Assembly: GCA_963743525.1 (NCBI GenBank)
Contig: CAVUQH010000003.1
Span: 960,001-1,024,000, forward strand
Reading direction: 5' to 3'
Length of the DNA: 64,000 nt
Origin: an uncultured delta proteobacterium
Lineage (GTDB): Bacteria; Myxococcota_A; Polyangia; Haliangiales; Haliangiaceae
Shown here: piece by piece, positions 59,000-64,000 of the stretch
Position numbering within the stretch: position 1 is the stretch's first letter
Layout: the number at the start of each line of letters is the position of its first letter
Translations under genes and position numbers: made by a program
Notes under the pieces: model-generated
Told to the model about the DNA's origin: nothing
The model's database searches: none
The model's input: the letters and a program-made list of their open reading frames with translations, nothing else

Positions 59000-60223
59000 T
59001 CAGCCCTCCGCCAGCAAGCGCAAGACGCCTTCGGGTTGGTCGACCAGCGAGCTGATGAAGCGCTCACCGCCCGGCGTCGCCAGCAGCAGCGCGGGACCGA
59101 AGCGCGGGTAGTGGACGTCGAGGGCGCGCACACCCTGGCCGACCTCGCGCGAGCGCTCGTCGAACACCGGGCGCGACAGCGGTACGCCGTCGATGAACAC
59201 CTCGGACAGGAACTCGACCGGGGCCACGAACTCGGCGCCGTCGCGGTGGATGCGATCGCGGACCTCGCCGGGCAGCGCGTCGGCCGAGGTGATGACGGCG
59301 TCGTAGTCGCGGCGCCCGAGAGCGGACGCGGCGTCGAGGTCGAAGCGCTCGCGGGGAAAGACCAGGACCACGCGGTCGGCGAGCTCCGAGGCGCGTAGCG
59401 GCGGTCCGGCCGGCGCAGGCGCGGGCTTCGGCTCCGGCTTCGGTTTCGGCGCGGCCGGTGCCGGCTTCTTGGCCGCTGCCCTGGGCGGCGCCGCGGCCGG
59501 GCCGGGCGTTTCCAGCTTGCTGCCGCCGGGCGCGCCGGCAATCAGCGAGAAGCGCTCGACCGCCGCCAGCGCATCTTCCATCGCCAGCGACTTGCGCACG
59601 TCCCAGGTGCCGTCGGGCTCGAGCACGTCGACCACGATCAGGTCGCCGTCGCGGACCATGGTCGCGCCGCCCAGGTCCGACAGGATGTCGGCCTCGCTCA
59701 GCTCGTCGAGGCGCTTGTCGAACGCCAGCAGCTTGGTCTCGAACTCTTTCTGCGACAGCTGGCCGGAGCGGCGCTTGCCGTCGACGTCGATGGTCGGGTC
59801 CAGCGCCCACGGCAACAGGCAGATGGCGCGCAGGTCGCGGGCGGTCTTGGTCACCAGCACGGCGTCGGCCATCGAGCCGAGGGCGAAGATGCGGCCCAGG
59901 CGGATCGGGGCGATGCGGCACATCGCCAGGAGGCGCTCCTTCTCCGGGCGCAGGTCGATCGGCACCAGCGGGTCGGTGCGCGGGTCGGCGCGCATCGGCG
60001 CGACCGAGTCGTCGATGATCATCAGCCGGCGCTCGCCGCGGCGGCGGAACGGGATCGACGGCGACACCTCCATCTCGAACCGCGGATCCTGCATGTCCGG
60101 ATCGAGGATCTTGCGGGTCCGCGCGACGTCCTCGCCACCCAGCGCCTCGACCAGGGCTTCCGGGTCGATCTCGCTGTTGGCTTCGAAGATCAGGTCCAGG
60201 ACGAGACTGTCGAGCGCCAGCAT
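59000..60223 (-). CDS. Hypothetical two-domain protein with Pro/Lys/Ala linker
   Basis: Likely ATG 60223, 10 nt after the upstream stop; host-like codon bias. Confidence 0.75.
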   Translation of the reverse strand: MLALDSLVLDLIFEANSEIDPEALVEALGGEDVARTRKILDPDMQDPRFEMEVSPSIPFRRRGERRLMIIDDSVAPMRADPRTDPLVPIDLRPEKERLLAMCRIAPIRLGRIFALGSMADAVLVTKTARDLRAICLLPWALDPTIDVDGKRRSGQLSQKEFETKLLAFDKRLDELSEADILSDLGGATMVRDGDLIVVDVLEPDGTWDVRKSLAMEDALAAVERFSLIAGAPGGSKLETPGPAAAPPRAAAKKPAPAAPKPKPEPKPAPAPAGPPLRASELADRVVLVFPRERFDLDAASALGRRDYDAVITSADALPGEVRDRIHRDGAEFVAPVEFLSEVFIDGVPLSRPVFDERSREVGQGVRALDVHYPRFGPALLLATPGGERFISSLVDQPEGVLRLLAEG

Positions 60224-60233
60224 TTCCAGCGTT

Positions 60234-62738
<2,505 letters not shown>

Positions 62739-62741
62739 GGG

Positions 62742-63578
62742 TTACTTCTTGTGCTTGCCCGGCTGGCGCGGCGGCAGATGCACCGTGTCGTCCATCGGCT
62801 CGGCGCCGTCGCTGGGCCGCCAGTTGCGCCGGCGCATGATGAACTCGACGTGCACCTGGTCCGACTTGTAGTCCAGACACAGGGCGTACATGACGATGTT
62901 GATGCCCATGCGGAACGCCATCTCGCGCTGGCGCTCGCCACCGGGCACGCACTCGAACTCGTAGTTGCCGAAGTTGTCGCGGGACCACGCGCCGCCCAGA
63001 TCGTTCTGCACGTAGCACAGGCCCAGGCGCCCGCCCTCCATCACTCCTTCGACCACCGGGCTCAGCGCCACCCGACCGAACGCGCGATCGGTCAGATAGA
63101 ACGACTTGAACAGTACGTGGTCGCCGGGGACGATCTCCAGCCCCTTCTTCGGCGGCGGATAGAGCACCTCGACCAGCCGTCGCACCGACTTGTCGAACGC
63201 CCCGTCGGTCGTTCCCTCGGCGGAGTCGATCAGCAGGAACCCGCCGAACGTCAGAAACCGCCGCAGCTTCTCCACCGCGTGCGGGCTGGGCACCTCGAAC
63301 TCACGGTCGCCGGCCAGGTAGAGAAACGGCGTATCCGCCAGCGAGTCCTTCTCCAGGTCGACCATCTTCGGCGTCAGATCGACGTCGATCGAGGTCCGCT
63401 TCTCGATCTCCCACGCCATCCGGCGCAGCGCCGTTGGCCGCGGATTCGAGTTGCCCGTCGGCAGCACCAGCTGGCCAAAGCGGAACTTCGACCCCGGCCC
63501 AATCGCCCGCGCCCAGCGCCCGCGCATGAGCACCGCCCCCAGCCCCATCGCCAGGATCTGCCTCCGATTGACCGGCAT
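62742..63578 (-). CDS. DUF4159-like protein with Tat signal
   Basis: NRRQIL Tat motif; PFLYLAG, GGFLLID, HVLFKSFY, NDLGGAW, GINIVMYAL, DYKSDQVH. Confidence 0.8.
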   Translation of the reverse strand: MPVNRRQILAMGLGAVLMRGRWARAIGPGSKFRFGQLVLPTGNSNPRPTALRRMAWEIEKRTSIDVDLTPKMVDLEKDSLADTPFLYLAGDREFEVPSPHAVEKLRRFLTFGGFLLIDSAEGTTDGAFDKSVRRLVEVLYPPPKKGLEIVPGDHVLFKSFYLTDRAFGRVALSPVVEGVMEGGRLGLCYVQNDLGGAWSRDNFGNYEFECVPGGERQREMAFRMGINIVMYALCLDYKSDQVHVEFIMRRRNWRPSDGAEPMDDTVHLPPRQPGKHKK

Positions 63579-63651
63579 TCCCACCAACCTTAGTAGAAAC
63601 CGCCCTGACGCAGCGCCCATTCCCCGCAGGTGTTGGAAATTGCGCTGTTTT

Positions 63652-63999
63652 TTAGAGTGCCTGCAGGCAGAGCTCGATGCGGTTGACGACCAGCGCGTTG
63701 GACGACGGACCGGCCTTGATGCGGAGCAGCACGCCGCTGTCGCCGGGGCTGATCTCGCCGGTCATGTCGGCGGAGTACCACTGGTACGGGGCGCCGTTGC
63801 TGACCAGGTTGGTCGGCGCCTCGTTGTAGCCGTCGAAGGTCTGCCAGTTGAAGCTGCCGCTGGTGGTGGTGTTGTAGCTGCGGCCGTAGATCGACAGGGT
63901 CGCCGACTGGATCTGCGACAACCCGGCGGTGCTGAGCTCGATGTCGACGAAATCGGAGCTGTCGAGCTGCAGGCCGCCGTCGCCGAGGAACGGGTCGAC
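63652..63999 (-). CDS. C-terminal part of a beta-rich hypothetical protein (truncated by the window end)
   Basis: Frame is open from the window end: VDPFLGDGGLQLD...RIELCLQAL*. Confidence 0.7.
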   Translation of the reverse strand, partial: VDPFLGDGGLQLDSSDFVDIELSTAGLSQIQSATLSIYGRSYNTTTSGSFNWQTFDGYNEAPTNLVSNGAPYQWYSADMTGEISPGDSGVLLRIKAGPSSNALVVNRIELCLQAL

Positions 64000-64000
64000 G

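Overview
Very GC-rich bacterial DNA; the gene content (giant TPR and HEAT proteins, STAS-zinc-ribbon proteins, lamin-tail lipoprotein) suggests a myxobacterium (inference). Main elements: (1) a tightly coupled operon at 1-16454 with a fused tandem-PgsC/CapC protein, a PgsB/CapB-type poly-gamma-glutamate synthase with a long N-terminal extension, a candidate Zn-hydrolase lipoprotein and a candidate outer-membrane barrel; (2) a ~0.9-kb, apparently non-coding, highly structured minus-strand element (~18960-19888) with a sigma54-type promoter upstream, a terminator downstream, many UNCG/GNRA tetraloops, strand-specific G-U pairs and a recurring internal-loop module, which I cannot match to a known RNA class and rank as the best candidate for an undescribed system; a DnaA-box-like cluster lies next to it; (3) housekeeping and accessory genes (ppa, HD hydrolase, fdhD, sulfatase-like, Fe-S PD-(D/E)XK nuclease, GNAT, ABC1 kinase, RHH, diiron protein/TetR, queF); (4) a second, smaller structured intergenic element at ~33660-33950; (5) a STAND-NTPase/HEAT membrane protein and an ABC exporter; (6) a ~17-kb partner-switching/two-component signalling cluster (39870-56745); (7) BON, beta-propeller, vWA/GATase-like and DUF4159-like genes. 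No rRNA, tRNA, CRISPR array or transposase was seen. Protein calls come from motif recognition by eye, and RNA pairings were derived by hand.
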